In this document: piece after piece, positions 52,229 to 61,010 of the stretch
Numbering within the stretch: position 1 is the stretch's first letter
How the letters are laid out: each line of letters opens with the position of its first letter
From: Gemmatimonadaceae bacterium
GTDB lineage: Bacteria > Gemmatimonadota > Gemmatimonadetes > Gemmatimonadales > Gemmatimonadaceae
Direction of reading: 5' to 3'
Length of the DNA stretch: 64,000 nt
NCBI GenBank assembly: GCA_045803545.1
Contig: JBJMOW010000002.1
Span: 288,001 to 352,000 of the forward strand
Made by a program: the position numbers and the translations under genes
Notes under the pieces: model-generated
Told to the model about the DNA's origin: nothing
The model's input: only the letters and a program-made list of their open reading frames with translations
Databases searched by the model: none

Positions 52229-53091
52229 TGCGCGTCGGTGTCATCGGACATCAGGGTTACGAAGAATTACCGGAGATTCTCCGGACGCTCTTTCGTGTCG
52301 CCCCGCAGCTGGGGATCGAGCCGTTTCTCGAGCAGGAGATTTACGAGGTAGCAGGTAAGGGAAAAAAGCTCGAGGATTCGAGTCAGGTCGATGCCCTCGT
52401 AACGCTGGGTGGTGACGGAACGCTTTTGCGCGGAGCGCGCTTCCTCGACGGCCACGACATTCCGATTCTCGGCGTCAATCTCGGTCGCGTCGGATTCCTC
52501 ACCAGTTGTCAGAGCAATGATTTCGAGCCGGCGCTCAAGCACCTCGCGGGCGGCGAATACGTCGCGCAGCCGCGCATGGCGATCAGCGCCCGTGCGATCA
52601 ACGCCGACGGAGAAACGCGCAAGCAATGGCGCGCGCTGAACGATTTCGTCCTGCACAAGGGCGGCTTCGCGCGCGTCGTACGTCTCAACATCTTCATCGA
52701 CGGCGAGAGCATCGGTACCTACGCTGCCGATGGAGTGGTTATCTCCACGCCGACGGGCTCGACTGCTTACAGCCTTTCCGCAGGTGGGCCAGTCGTGGTG
52801 CCGACGGTTGAGTCGATGCTGATCACACCGATCTCTCCGCACACGCTTGGTATCAGACCGCTCGTCATCCCGCCGGACGCCGAAGTGACGGTGGAAGCAA
52901 ACGAATCTCCCACGGAGCTTCTGGTTACGGTCGACGGACAGGTTGGGACCAGCTTCGTCAAGGGCGACCAGCTCAAGGTGAGGAGGGCGGACAATCCAGT
53001 GCGTATCGTCCGATTCCCCAGCACCACGTTCTTCGAGAGAATGAGAGTCAAACTCGGTTGGGGCGGAGTTCCCGACGGAGAGCAAAGCTGA
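52228..53091 (+). CDS. nadK: NAD kinase
   Basis: LGGDGT, GVNLGRVGFL, LND, STPTGSTAYSLSAGGP. Confidence 0.95.
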   Translation: MRVGVIGHQGYEELPEILRTLFRVAPQLGIEPFLEQEIYEVAGKGKKLEDSSQVDALVTLGGDGTLLRGARFLDGHDIPILGVNLGRVGFLTSCQSNDFEPALKHLAGGEYVAQPRMAISARAINADGETRKQWRALNDFVLHKGGFARVVRLNIFIDGESIGTYAADGVVISTPTGSTAYSLSAGGPVVVPTVESMLITPISPHTLGIRPLVIPPDAEVTVEANESPTELLVTVDGQVGTSFVKGDQLKVRRADNPVRIVRFPSTTFFERMRVKLGWGGVPDGEQS

Positions 53092-54761
53092 TGCTGACTG
53101 AGCTGAGAATCCGCAATTTCGCCATCATCGAACAGGTCAACCTTCCGCTCGCGGAGGGCTTCAACGTGCTCTCCGGCGAGACTGGCGCCGGCAAATCGAT
53201 CATTGTCGGCGCACTGGGGCTGTTGCTTGGCGAGAGAGCCAGCGCTGATCTGATTCGTTCGGGCGCCGACAAGGCTACTGTCGAGGGAGTCTTCGACGTT
53301 TCGAGCCTGAAAGGAATCGCCGAGTTCGCCGACGAGCGCGGCATCGAGGTCGAAGAGGAAACGCTGGTGCTGAAGCGCGAAATCGCCGCCACCGGCCGCG
53401 GGCGCGCGTGGATCAATGGCACAACTGTCACGGCGACAGTGCTTGCGGAGATTGGACGCCTGCTGGTGAACCTCCACGGACAGCACGAGGCGCAGACGCT
53501 GCTCGACAACGAATCGCAACGCCACATTCTCGACGCATTCGGTGGAGCAGAGAAGCAGGGCGAGGTTGTGCGAACGACCTTTGGTGAGTTGTCAGCGGTG
53601 CGTCGCGAGATTGCCAGCCTTTCGACACGGCGCGCCGAAGCGGAGAAGCGCGCGGACTATCTGCGACACGTCGCGACGGAAATCGAGGAGGCGAAGCTTT
53701 CCGCGGGCGAAGACACCAAGCTGGAGGACGAGGCGCGCGTACTAGAGAACGCCGACGAGCTTCGCACACTTGCCAGTACACTGAACGAGCTGCTGTCTGG
53801 TGAAGAAAGCAGCGTGCTCGGCCAGCTTGGCGCAGCTCAACGCCCGCTGTCATCGATCGAGCGCATCGATCCATCCGCCGCGCGGATGCAGGAGCTTTTC
53901 GACGCCGGCTTCTACGCGCTCCAGGAATTGGCTCGCGCCGTCGAGGATTATGCGGGGTCGGTCGAGCTCGATCCCACTCGTCTGGAGGAGGTTCGTCGTC
54001 GTCGCGACCGGCTGTTCGGTCTGCTCAAGAAGTATGGCCCGATGCTAGACAATGTCATCGAGAGCGGCCGTAGCGCCCGCGCCGAGCTGGACCTCGTCGA
54101 TACCGCTCAGTTCGATCTGGCCAATCTCAACGCGCGCGAGAGCGAGCTGCGGAAGCGGCTGGTGAGCGAGGCGGAAAAACTCTCCGACATGCGTTTGACT
54201 GCCGGGAAAAAGCTGGCGAAGGCAGTGGATGCGTTGCTGCCATCGCTCGGAATGCCCGACGGTCGATTCCGCGTGACTCTGACTTCGCGGGACGAGCCAA
54301 GCGCCGAAGGCGCGGAGGATGTCGAGTTCCGAGCTGCGCTGAACATCGGACATGAGGATCGTCCACTGGCGCGGGTCGCGTCCGGTGGAGAGCTGTCGCG
54401 CGTGATGCTCGCACTCAAAACTATTCTTGCGCGGGTCGATCGCGTACCGACGCTGATCTTCGACGAGGTGGACGCCGGTATCGGCGGTCGGGTTGGGCTT
54501 CAGGTTGGTGATACGCTCCGGCGAGTCGCCGGCGAGCACCAGGTATTCGCGATCTCGCATCTGCCGCAGATCGCAGCGCGTGCCCACCACCACATCGTGG
54601 TGGCGAAGGGAGCAAAGGGGGGCGTCACGACCGCCGACATCACCGTTCTCGAGGGCAGCAACCGGGTGAACGAGATTGCGCGAATGCTGGGTGGCGACCC
54701 GGAATCGAAAGTGTCGCGAGCACACGCCAGGGAGTTGCTGGAGAGCGCCACCGCTGTTTGA
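53091..54761 (+). CDS. recN: DNA repair protein RecN
   Basis: LRIRNFAII, GETGAGKS, LHGQHE, ASGGELSR, IFDEVDAGIGG, SHLPQIAA. Confidence 0.97.
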   Translation: MLTELRIRNFAIIEQVNLPLAEGFNVLSGETGAGKSIIVGALGLLLGERASADLIRSGADKATVEGVFDVSSLKGIAEFADERGIEVEEETLVLKREIAATGRGRAWINGTTVTATVLAEIGRLLVNLHGQHEAQTLLDNESQRHILDAFGGAEKQGEVVRTTFGELSAVRREIASLSTRRAEAEKRADYLRHVATEIEEAKLSAGEDTKLEDEARVLENADELRTLASTLNELLSGEESSVLGQLGAAQRPLSSIERIDPSAARMQELFDAGFYALQELARAVEDYAGSVELDPTRLEEVRRRRDRLFGLLKKYGPMLDNVIESGRSARAELDLVDTAQFDLANLNARESELRKRLVSEAEKLSDMRLTAGKKLAKAVDALLPSLGMPDGRFRVTLTSRDEPSAEGAEDVEFRAALNIGHEDRPLARVASGGELSRVMLALKTILARVDRVPTLIFDEVDAGIGGRVGLQVGDTLRRVAGEHQVFAISHLPQIAARAHHHIVVAKGAKGGVTTADITVLEGSNRVNEIARMLGGDPESKVSRAHARELLESATAV

Positions 54762-54803
54762 GGGTTGCGCGATGCGAGCCAACAAATTGATGCGGCATCA
54801 CGC

Positions 54804-54832
54804 AAAAAAGGCGAGCCAATCGGCTCGCCTTT
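54804..54832. terminator. intrinsic terminator between convergent recN and the OM protein gene
   Basis: aaaaaaggcgagcc-aatc-ggctcgccttt. Confidence 0.8.
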
Positions 54833-54850
54833 CTGCTTCTGGTGGATTCG

Positions 54851-56536
54851 TTATTTCCCGCCGAAAATCCTCGCGTAGAGTCTGAGCTGAATCTGGTCGG
54901 TAAAGAACTTCGGCTGATTTCCGCCGGAACCGCCCATCGTCTGCCAGTGGAGATAATTGACTTCGAAGGGCAGCTTCGCCTTGCCCTGCTCGAAAGAGTA
55001 CAGGTTCGAGAAGGAGATACCGCCACCGAAGCGGTGCTCCGTCTGCGCAGTCTCGAGATCGAGCGTTGAAGCGTCGAGCGTGATATCCGCGAAACCAGTC
55101 ACAGCAGCAGGAATGGTAAATGTGCCCGTATACTTGTCCTGCTGCTTGTTGCGATACATGTACCAGGCCGACAGCGCAAAGAAGTCGTTGACGACGAAGC
55201 GTGGCGCGGTCTCGAACTCGAACGCGCTGCCAAGTTGGCGATGGACTTGCTGCTTTCTGTAGGCTGGCGCCAACTCCTCGTTCGGCAAGTCGATGATGCG
55301 CATGTCCTGATCATCGCCGAACGGGTGATTGTAGCGGAGGATGAACGACTCCCAGAAATGGCTGCCGACGAGAATGTCGCCGAACCAGCGTCCTTCGACT
55401 GCCTTGGCGCCACGCCCAGTGCCGATATCGATGAAGTTGTCGGGCGACTCGATCTGACCCGTTGGCAGACGAAAAATGCCGCCGATCGCGGTGCGGAAAT
55501 TCAGACCGGTCGGTGACATTCTCGCCGACGTGTTTCCGTCGAACGTGTCGAACACCGAGAACTTGCCGCCGATATCGATGTCGCCGACGTGTGACTTGCT
55601 GTTAGAGACGAGCGGAGCAGCTGCAATCCCGAAAGCCGGATTCGTGAGAATTGTCTGTGCGTCGCGCAACGACAGTCGCGTCTGCGCCGCGAACGGCCCG
55701 GTGGTGCCAGCCGCGATGCTGTTTACGCCGAAACTCTGGTACAGCGATCGGAATGCGGCGACGCGCGCTTCAATCGCCAGCTGCGCGTCGGTCCCGACAA
55801 TCGGTACGAACGGAGATGTAGTGTAGATCTGATTCACGCCACCCGCAAAGGCCTGTGAGTTTGCGATAAGTGCATTTGCGTTGGCGCGTTGAGCATTCAG
55901 CGCGGGGCACTGCGGCGAGGCGGCGGGATTCGCGGCGCACGCATCCAGTTGTGCCTGCAGTGTGGCTGCTGCGGCAGCGAACTGCGCGTTGAGGGTCGCG
56001 TTCTGCGTCTGGGCGGCTGTCACTGCCAACGCCGGATTGAAGCCAAGGTTTCCGTTCGTATTGCCGGTGTTGACGTTGAAGAACGCGGACGTCTGTGTCT
56101 TCACGTACGGAATCTGGAGACCGACGGAAAAACGCTTGCTGAGGCCGGCCTCGAAGATGAACGGGAAAGCGGTGACGTGATCGCGCAGATTGACGACGGT
56201 ATTGCCGAGCGAGGCCATCCACGACGGATTGCCGCTCAACGCTTGGATGCCGGTCTGCAGGCTGGCGAGGTTTGGGAATTGCCTCACGCCAATGGTGTCG
56301 AGTGTGAAATCAACGCCCAGTGGTTCCAGGGCGCCGTCCGGACGGCCCGGCGTGTCCTTTCCGTAGCGCTCATTGAACCACGTCCATTGGGCAACCGTTC
56401 TGAAGCGAAAGACTCCGGCCGGAAGGACCAGAGCGTCATCGCCGACTCCCAGAACGCGCTGCGCACTGGAGGGCGTCGGCAAAAGGGCGAAAAAGGTCAA
56501 GGCTACAGCGGTGACGCAGACAAAAAGACGCCGCAT
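54851..56536 (-). CDS. hypothetical exported protein, probable outer-membrane beta-barrel with a helical insertion
   Basis: Signal peptide (PSSAQ); alternating beta-strand pattern (RFSVGLQIPYV, GDIDIGGKF, FRLPTG, QIQLRLY); Ala/Gln-rich insert with C-x9-C; GGAG before ATG 56536. Confidence 0.75.
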   Translation of the reverse strand: MRRLFVCVTAVALTFFALLPTPSSAQRVLGVGDDALVLPAGVFRFRTVAQWTWFNERYGKDTPGRPDGALEPLGVDFTLDTIGVRQFPNLASLQTGIQALSGNPSWMASLGNTVVNLRDHVTAFPFIFEAGLSKRFSVGLQIPYVKTQTSAFFNVNTGNTNGNLGFNPALAVTAAQTQNATLNAQFAAAAATLQAQLDACAANPAASPQCPALNAQRANANALIANSQAFAGGVNQIYTTSPFVPIVGTDAQLAIEARVAAFRSLYQSFGVNSIAAGTTGPFAAQTRLSLRDAQTILTNPAFGIAAAPLVSNSKSHVGDIDIGGKFSVFDTFDGNTSARMSPTGLNFRTAIGGIFRLPTGQIESPDNFIDIGTGRGAKAVEGRWFGDILVGSHFWESFILRYNHPFGDDQDMRIIDLPNEELAPAYRKQQVHRQLGSAFEFETAPRFVVNDFFALSAWYMYRNKQQDKYTGTFTIPAAVTGFADITLDASTLDLETAQTEHRFGGGISFSNLYSFEQGKAKLPFEVNYLHWQTMGGSGGNQPKFFTDQIQLRLYARIFGGK

Positions 56537-56606
56537 AGAATCTCCAAGGGTGTGAAACACACAGGAGGCGTTCGTCAGAGTGAGAGGGACGTTCGCCGGC
56601 GGGGAG

Positions 56607-56658
56607 ACGTTATCATTTTGATTCGGGGTTTGTCAACGATGTTTACGGAGGGTATTGT
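56607..56658. promoter_or_regulatory. overlapping divergent sigma70 promoters (tRNA-Leu on +, OM protein on -)
   Basis: Plus strand: TTGTCA(56630)-N17-TATTGT. Minus strand: TTGACA(56636-56631)-N18-TAACGT. Confidence 0.5.
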
Positions 56659-56691
56659 TCCCCTCTGACACGCGCTGATTCGTACCCCGGC

Positions 56692-56776
56692 GCTCGGGTG
56701 GCGAAACCGGTAGACGCGAGGGACTTAAAATCCCTTGGGACAAACTCCCATGCGGGTTCGATCCCCGCCCCGAGCA
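56692..56776 (+). tRNA. tRNA-Leu(TAA), CCA not encoded
   Basis: Acceptor stem GCTCGGG/CCCGAGC-A, D-arm GGCGAAACCGGTAGACGC, anticodon arm AGGGA-CTTAAAA-TCCCT, long variable arm, T-arm GCGGGTTCGATCCCCGC. Confidence 0.96.
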
Positions 56777-56821
56777 TGAAATTGGCACGATGAACCTGCG
56801 AATCTGCGAGGAGTTCCAGCC

Positions 56822-57742
56822 TTGAGCGCCGCCACCGCGATGAAGTTTTCACCTCGCCGGATCGAACGCGTGCTGCTCATCGTCAATCCAGCGTCCCGGC
56901 GCGCCGCGCGGATACGCCAGCGCGCCGAAAAGGCGTTTGCCAAAGCCGGCGTGGAATGCGACGTGAGGCCCACCGAAGCCCCCGGTCACGCCACGACGAT
57001 TGCCCGCAACGAGGCGCACAAATACAGCGCCGTATTCACCCTCGGCGGTGACGGAACCGTGATGGAGGTGCTTTCCGCTCTTGCCCATCAGGGTACCCCG
57101 GTTGGCGTCCTCGCCGGAGGGACCGCCAACGTCGTCGCGCGGACGCTGGGGATTCCCCTCAATCCGGCGCGCGCGATCCCGGTGCTCCTCGCTGGCGATC
57201 AAGCGCAGCTCGACCTCGGTCGCCTCGGAGATGGTCGGCGCTTCGCGATCGGCGTTGGCGTGGGACTCGATGCGACAATGATTGCCGAAGCCCCAGCGCG
57301 CTTGAAAAAACGGTTCGGCTTCATGGCTTATGTCGTCGGCGGTTACAAAGCAGTTCTGCGCAATCAGAAATTCGCGCTTCGTCTTACAGTCGACGGGCAC
57401 CTTTATGAGCGACCGGCCTCGGCGGTGTTGATCGCGAATTTTGGAGCGGTGCTCAACAACCTGATCGCCTTTGGCAACGGCATTCTCCATGATGACGGCC
57501 TGCTGACAGCGTGCGTGTTCTCGCCGGCCAACCTTTGGGACGCGCTCCGCATTCTTTGGCGGATGATTCGCAAGGATTTCGGCGATGATCCGTGCCTTTT
57601 CTACAAATCGGGGCGCGAGTTCCGAGTCGAGACGTTCCCTGAAATGCCCGCGCAGGCTGACGGCGAGCTACTCGACGTCACTCCACTCTCTGCTTCCGTG
57701 GACCCACTGGCCGGTACCTTGCTTATTCCAAAGCGAAAGTAG
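56822..57742 (+). CDS. diacylglycerol/lipid kinase family protein (YegS/DgkB-like)
   Basis: IVNPAS, TEAPGHA, GGDGT, GGTAN..AR.LGIP, GVGLDA, QADGE. Confidence 0.92.
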   Translation: MSAATAMKFSPRRIERVLLIVNPASRRAARIRQRAEKAFAKAGVECDVRPTEAPGHATTIARNEAHKYSAVFTLGGDGTVMEVLSALAHQGTPVGVLAGGTANVVARTLGIPLNPARAIPVLLAGDQAQLDLGRLGDGRRFAIGVGVGLDATMIAEAPARLKKRFGFMAYVVGGYKAVLRNQKFALRLTVDGHLYERPASAVLIANFGAVLNNLIAFGNGILHDDGLLTACVFSPANLWDALRILWRMIRKDFGDDPCLFYKSGREFRVETFPEMPAQADGELLDVTPLSASVDPLAGTLLIPKRK

Positions 57743-57797
57743 GCCTCGCCGAGCAGCGCCCAGGGCGCCCGCGGGGTCGACCAAATGGGATCCCGCC

Positions 57798-59093
57798 GTG
57801 GCGACTCGTGTAGATGCAACCGTGACTGGAGAATATTTCGGAACCGCTCGCTCGCGGCCCGGGGCGGGCACCGTCCTCGGGACATTCTTCTACATGTGGC
57901 TACTCGTCGGCCTCGTGCTCGGAACGGCGGTCCTCGTTGGGCCCGTCCGATTGATCACCGAGGGGATGGGTAGGGCCGGTTGGGAGCAAAGCTCGCAGGA
58001 CCACGTCCTGATCGTCGTAATCCTGCTCTATCTCGCGTTATCACTGCTTCTGACTCGCTGGATTGTCGGCGTCATGTTCAGGGCACGCAGTCGGAACACG
58101 CGGTGGGGAATTGCTGCGGTCCTCACGCTGCTCGCGGCCGGCACTGCCTGGGAGTGGTCGAATCCAGCAAAGCTTCTGGCGGGAATCGCCGGAGGAGGCA
58201 ACGGCGGCACCTTCAACGTTGCGGGCGGCCCGCAATTCATATTTGGTGCATATCCTGACGAGCCGCACCTCGCGCAGCTGAAGAAGCAAGGCGTCACTTC
58301 GGTGATTTCGTTGCAGCACCCCGGAGTCGTCATTGAGCGCGAAGGCATCAGCGCCGAGAAGGATGCGACGAAGAAACTGCATCTCGCGTTCATTCAGGCG
58401 CCGATGCTCCCGTGGGTGAGTAACAACGATGAATCGCTGGAAAAACTCCGTGAGATCGCGCGCACCGGCAAAGGCGTCTATTACGTGCACTGCGGTCTCG
58501 GTCGAGACCGGGTCAACGTCGCAAAGCGGGTGATCGAGGCCGAAGGTCGCAAAATCGCGTCTGGCAGCGACCTGAAGAACGCAACCGGCTTTGCGGATCG
58601 TCCGACGCCGTTTGAGCGCGGATCGCTGGCTCACATCGATCACGGCAAGTGGCTCATCCCGTATCCAAACCAGCACGAAATGTTCGGCTTCGTGCTCGGC
58701 GGACAGGCCGGCAGTGTCGTGTCGATTCTCGACCCGGTCGATCCAGAGCAGGCAGCGTGGAATACGGAGATGGAGAAGTTGTTCAAGGAGTACGCGATTC
58801 CGTTCACCATGAGGCCGATGTCGAAGAACGATCGAGCGAAGGCGCTCGAGATCGCGAAAGAAGTGCAGCAGATGCCCGAACCGGTGACTGTGATTGCGCC
58901 ATACACACCAATGGAGGATGGTCAGTCGCTGCCGCCCCTGGGGAACAGGAAAATGGACATCGGGCCGGCGGTGGCATTTCTCTCAGCATACGGCCGTGCG
59001 GCGCCCAGCTCATTTGCGGCGAAACCGTCGTGGCGCTTGAATCACGCGGCGAAGGCGGGCACTGATACGACGGGCGGCACCGTAGAGAGATAA
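57798..59093 (+). CDS. 3-TM membrane protein with a CX5R (DSP/PTP-like) phosphatase domain and a second degenerate copy; start uncertain
   Basis: Three hydrophobic helices; FGAYP..LKKQGVTSVISL; YYVHCGLGRDR P-loop. Confidence 0.8.
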   Translation: MATRVDATVTGEYFGTARSRPGAGTVLGTFFYMWLLVGLVLGTAVLVGPVRLITEGMGRAGWEQSSQDHVLIVVILLYLALSLLLTRWIVGVMFRARSRNTRWGIAAVLTLLAAGTAWEWSNPAKLLAGIAGGGNGGTFNVAGGPQFIFGAYPDEPHLAQLKKQGVTSVISLQHPGVVIEREGISAEKDATKKLHLAFIQAPMLPWVSNNDESLEKLREIARTGKGVYYVHCGLGRDRVNVAKRVIEAEGRKIASGSDLKNATGFADRPTPFERGSLAHIDHGKWLIPYPNQHEMFGFVLGGQAGSVVSILDPVDPEQAAWNTEMEKLFKEYAIPFTMRPMSKNDRAKALEIAKEVQQMPEPVTVIAPYTPMEDGQSLPPLGNRKMDIGPAVAFLSAYGRAAPSSFAAKPSWRLNHAAKAGTDTTGGTVER

Positions 59094-59109
59094 AGGGCGG
59101 GGAGAGGTC

Positions 59110-59145
59110 AAAAAAAAAGGCGAGCCTCTCAGCTCGCCTTTTTTT
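59110..59145. terminator. bidirectional intrinsic terminator
   Basis: A9-ggcgagc-ctctca-gctcgcc-T7. Confidence 0.9.
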
Positions 59146-59163
59146 CGGATCTCATTCTCGTTC

Positions 59164-59967
59164 TCAAAACGGCAGCTCGTCCTCGCCGCCGATTAGTACG
59201 GTCTCCGTCGAGGAAGTTTTCGGGTCCCTCGAATCGTCGACAGACGCCGCGGTCGCAGCAGTCTTCGGCGGCCAGATCACTCCGTCGCAAGAACGGTTCT
59301 GACACTTGTAGTCAGGAGCGCGCGGGTTCCGTTTTGTGAGTCGGTTGTCCCACATGCGGCCACCGCACTTAGGGCAGCTGACGAGTTCCATATCGGTCAG
59401 CATCGAGGCTGACGCCGTGCCTGGATTCTCGACGCCGTTGGCCACGCCCCCGGCCGTCGTGGAAACCCGCCCATAGCGCCGGTTATACGCCAGCTGAGGG
59501 TCTTCGACTGGTTTCGCATACTTGCCATCGCCGTCTACCTCAACCCAGTTCTGCTCGTAGTCATAGAGCTCATTGCCGACGCCGAATCGGACGGCGGCTC
59601 GCTTGAACGCGTCGGTCGAGGCCTGCTTGTAGTCACGACCGGTGCCGACGTCTTCGCGAATCACGCCGAGAATCTGGAGCCGAGCCTTGAACGAGCACAG
59701 CGTTCCTTCGCCGTCGTCGCCGGCGATCGGCGGCAGCAATTCGAGGGTGAGGTCCCATTCACCGGGGACCACTCCGTCGAGGCGCTCCCTGACGGTGTTT
59801 GCTTCGATATACGCAACGAACCGCGCGAAAAACTTTCCATCGCGGGCAGTCACTTTGCCATCCTGTCTCCAGGAAATAGCACCAGTTGGAACTGGGGCGG
59901 ATAATTTCGCCCAAACGTCACTCTTTTCCGTGTAGGTATCCTGTCTTGCGATCATGCTCTCATCCAT
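59164..59967 (-). CDS. Rad52/Rad22 family single-strand annealing protein with C-terminal zinc ribbon and acidic LPF tail
   Basis: L.AP....ISWR, AYIEANTVRERLD.V..G.W, REDVG, ASTDAFKRAAVRFGVG.ELY; CPKC..C....C; ends EDELPF. Confidence 0.88.
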   Translation of the reverse strand: MDESMIARQDTYTEKSDVWAKLSAPVPTGAISWRQDGKVTARDGKFFARFVAYIEANTVRERLDGVVPGEWDLTLELLPPIAGDDGEGTLCSFKARLQILGVIREDVGTGRDYKQASTDAFKRAAVRFGVGNELYDYEQNWVEVDGDGKYAKPVEDPQLAYNRRYGRVSTTAGGVANGVENPGTASASMLTDMELVSCPKCGGRMWDNRLTKRNPRAPDYKCQNRSCDGVIWPPKTAATAASVDDSRDPKTSSTETVLIGGEDELPF

Positions 59968-59973
59968 CCGTAG

Positions 59974-60267
59974 TTAGTCGCCATGTCTTCCACTTCTAGT
60001 GAACTTTTGCACGTCCTTCACTGCACTGCACTGGCTGCCGTGCTCGCAATACCAGCCGTGCCGATCGAAAAAAACGAGGTGATGAATTCGGGTGCGGTCG
60101 AGCGTTTCTTCCACTCGGTAAAGCTCCGTGACCGACGTCCCTTTTCCGCACAATTGGATAGGGTCCATCTGCCGCACTTTCACCCTCCTCTGGACCTGCG
60201 TTTTTTCCTTCCGCCTACCGTTGAGGTTCCTCCTTACTGGTGGCAATGTAAGCTCCTGGCCTGCCAA
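59974..60267 (-). CDS. small basic hypothetical protein with Cys/His cluster, upstream of the Rad52/22 gene
   Basis: 6-nt gap to the next gene; LCG..T.V..LYRV.E..HLVFFDRHGWYCEHG..C.AV. Confidence 0.75.
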   Translation of the reverse strand: MAGQELTLPPVRRNLNGRRKEKTQVQRRVKVRQMDPIQLCGKGTSVTELYRVEETLDRTRIHHLVFFDRHGWYCEHGSQCSAVKDVQKFTRSGRHGD

Positions 60268-60283
60268 TACTTACGCGCCGAGG

Positions 60284-60336
60284 GTTCGGCACATTTTCGG
60301 GTACAGTAAGTTAGAGCTTTTGAACGAAAAATGCAA
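60284..60336 (-). promoter_or_regulatory. sigma70 promoter with downstream LexA-like direct repeat
   Basis: TTGCAT(60336-60331)-N17-TAACTT(60313-60308); GTTC-N7-TTTC / TTCGG-N6-TTCGG at 60284-60300. Confidence 0.5.
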
Positions 60337-60402
60337 GCCGCCGCGGGCACAAGTTTCGCTCTGTGCACTGTCTGATCCGGCGGTTCTAGGCGAGGAGCAT
60401 AC

Positions 60403-60927
60403 ATGGAGCACGGCAGCGAATTCTTGCGATCGCAGGTGCGCAACCTCCTGCTACAACACAGGACGTTCCTCCAGTCGCTCGAGGACCACGAGAGCCAGGC
60501 TGATGATGAGCGGTTCCGTGATCTGTGCGCGCGACATATTCCGCACATGCGGCTGCACCAGCGCATGCTCGAGGAGTACCAGTCACAGCTCGGCGATGGA
60601 CCGGGGGTTACCAGTCGCATCGTGGGCACGGCTGTCCGAGTGGTGAAAGACCTTGCCGACGCCGCCGTGGCAGAAGACTACAACCGGTTGATCGCCGACA
60701 TCGTGATGGCTCGCCAATCGGAAGATGCGTTCAAGACCTTCCGTGAAGCCGGGAAGATGATGGGCAATCGCACGCTGCAGGAGATCGGCGACATCGGCGA
60801 GCGTCACCACGATGCATATGTCAAGGAAGCCAATCGGCTCCTCCAGCACATGTTCGTTGAACACGTTGAGGGCATCGACGGCTTCCGTCAAACGACGCTC
60901 GACATTCAGCCCGACGTGACTCTTTAG
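60403..60927 (+). CDS. hypothetical all-helical protein, ferritin-like four-helix bundle
   Basis: SD GAGGAG; helical with Glu/His clusters (EDH, HMRLHQ, SEDAF, GERHHD). Confidence 0.7.
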   Translation: MEHGSEFLRSQVRNLLLQHRTFLQSLEDHESQADDERFRDLCARHIPHMRLHQRMLEEYQSQLGDGPGVTSRIVGTAVRVVKDLADAAVAEDYNRLIADIVMARQSEDAFKTFREAGKMMGNRTLQEIGDIGERHHDAYVKEANRLLQHMFVEHVEGIDGFRQTTLDIQPDVTL

Positions 60928-61010
60928 TCGCGCGCGGCGCTGCGAAGACGGCACGCGGATTCCTCCGCGCCGCCCTGACAGTGTCATTCCACCAAGGCTA
61001 ATTTCCGCGC

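Noticed and set aside
56782..56800. TTGGCACGATGAACCTGC after tRNA-Leu as a sigma-54 promoter
   Set aside because: No GC at the -12 position (spacing two bases too long)
56692..59145. tRNA-Leu as the integration site of a genomic island
   Set aside because: No integrase, no repeated tRNA 3' end and no visible compositional shift downstream
59164..59967. Rad52/22 gene as evidence of a prophage
   Set aside because: No other phage genes; flanked by cellular genes with its own promoter and terminator
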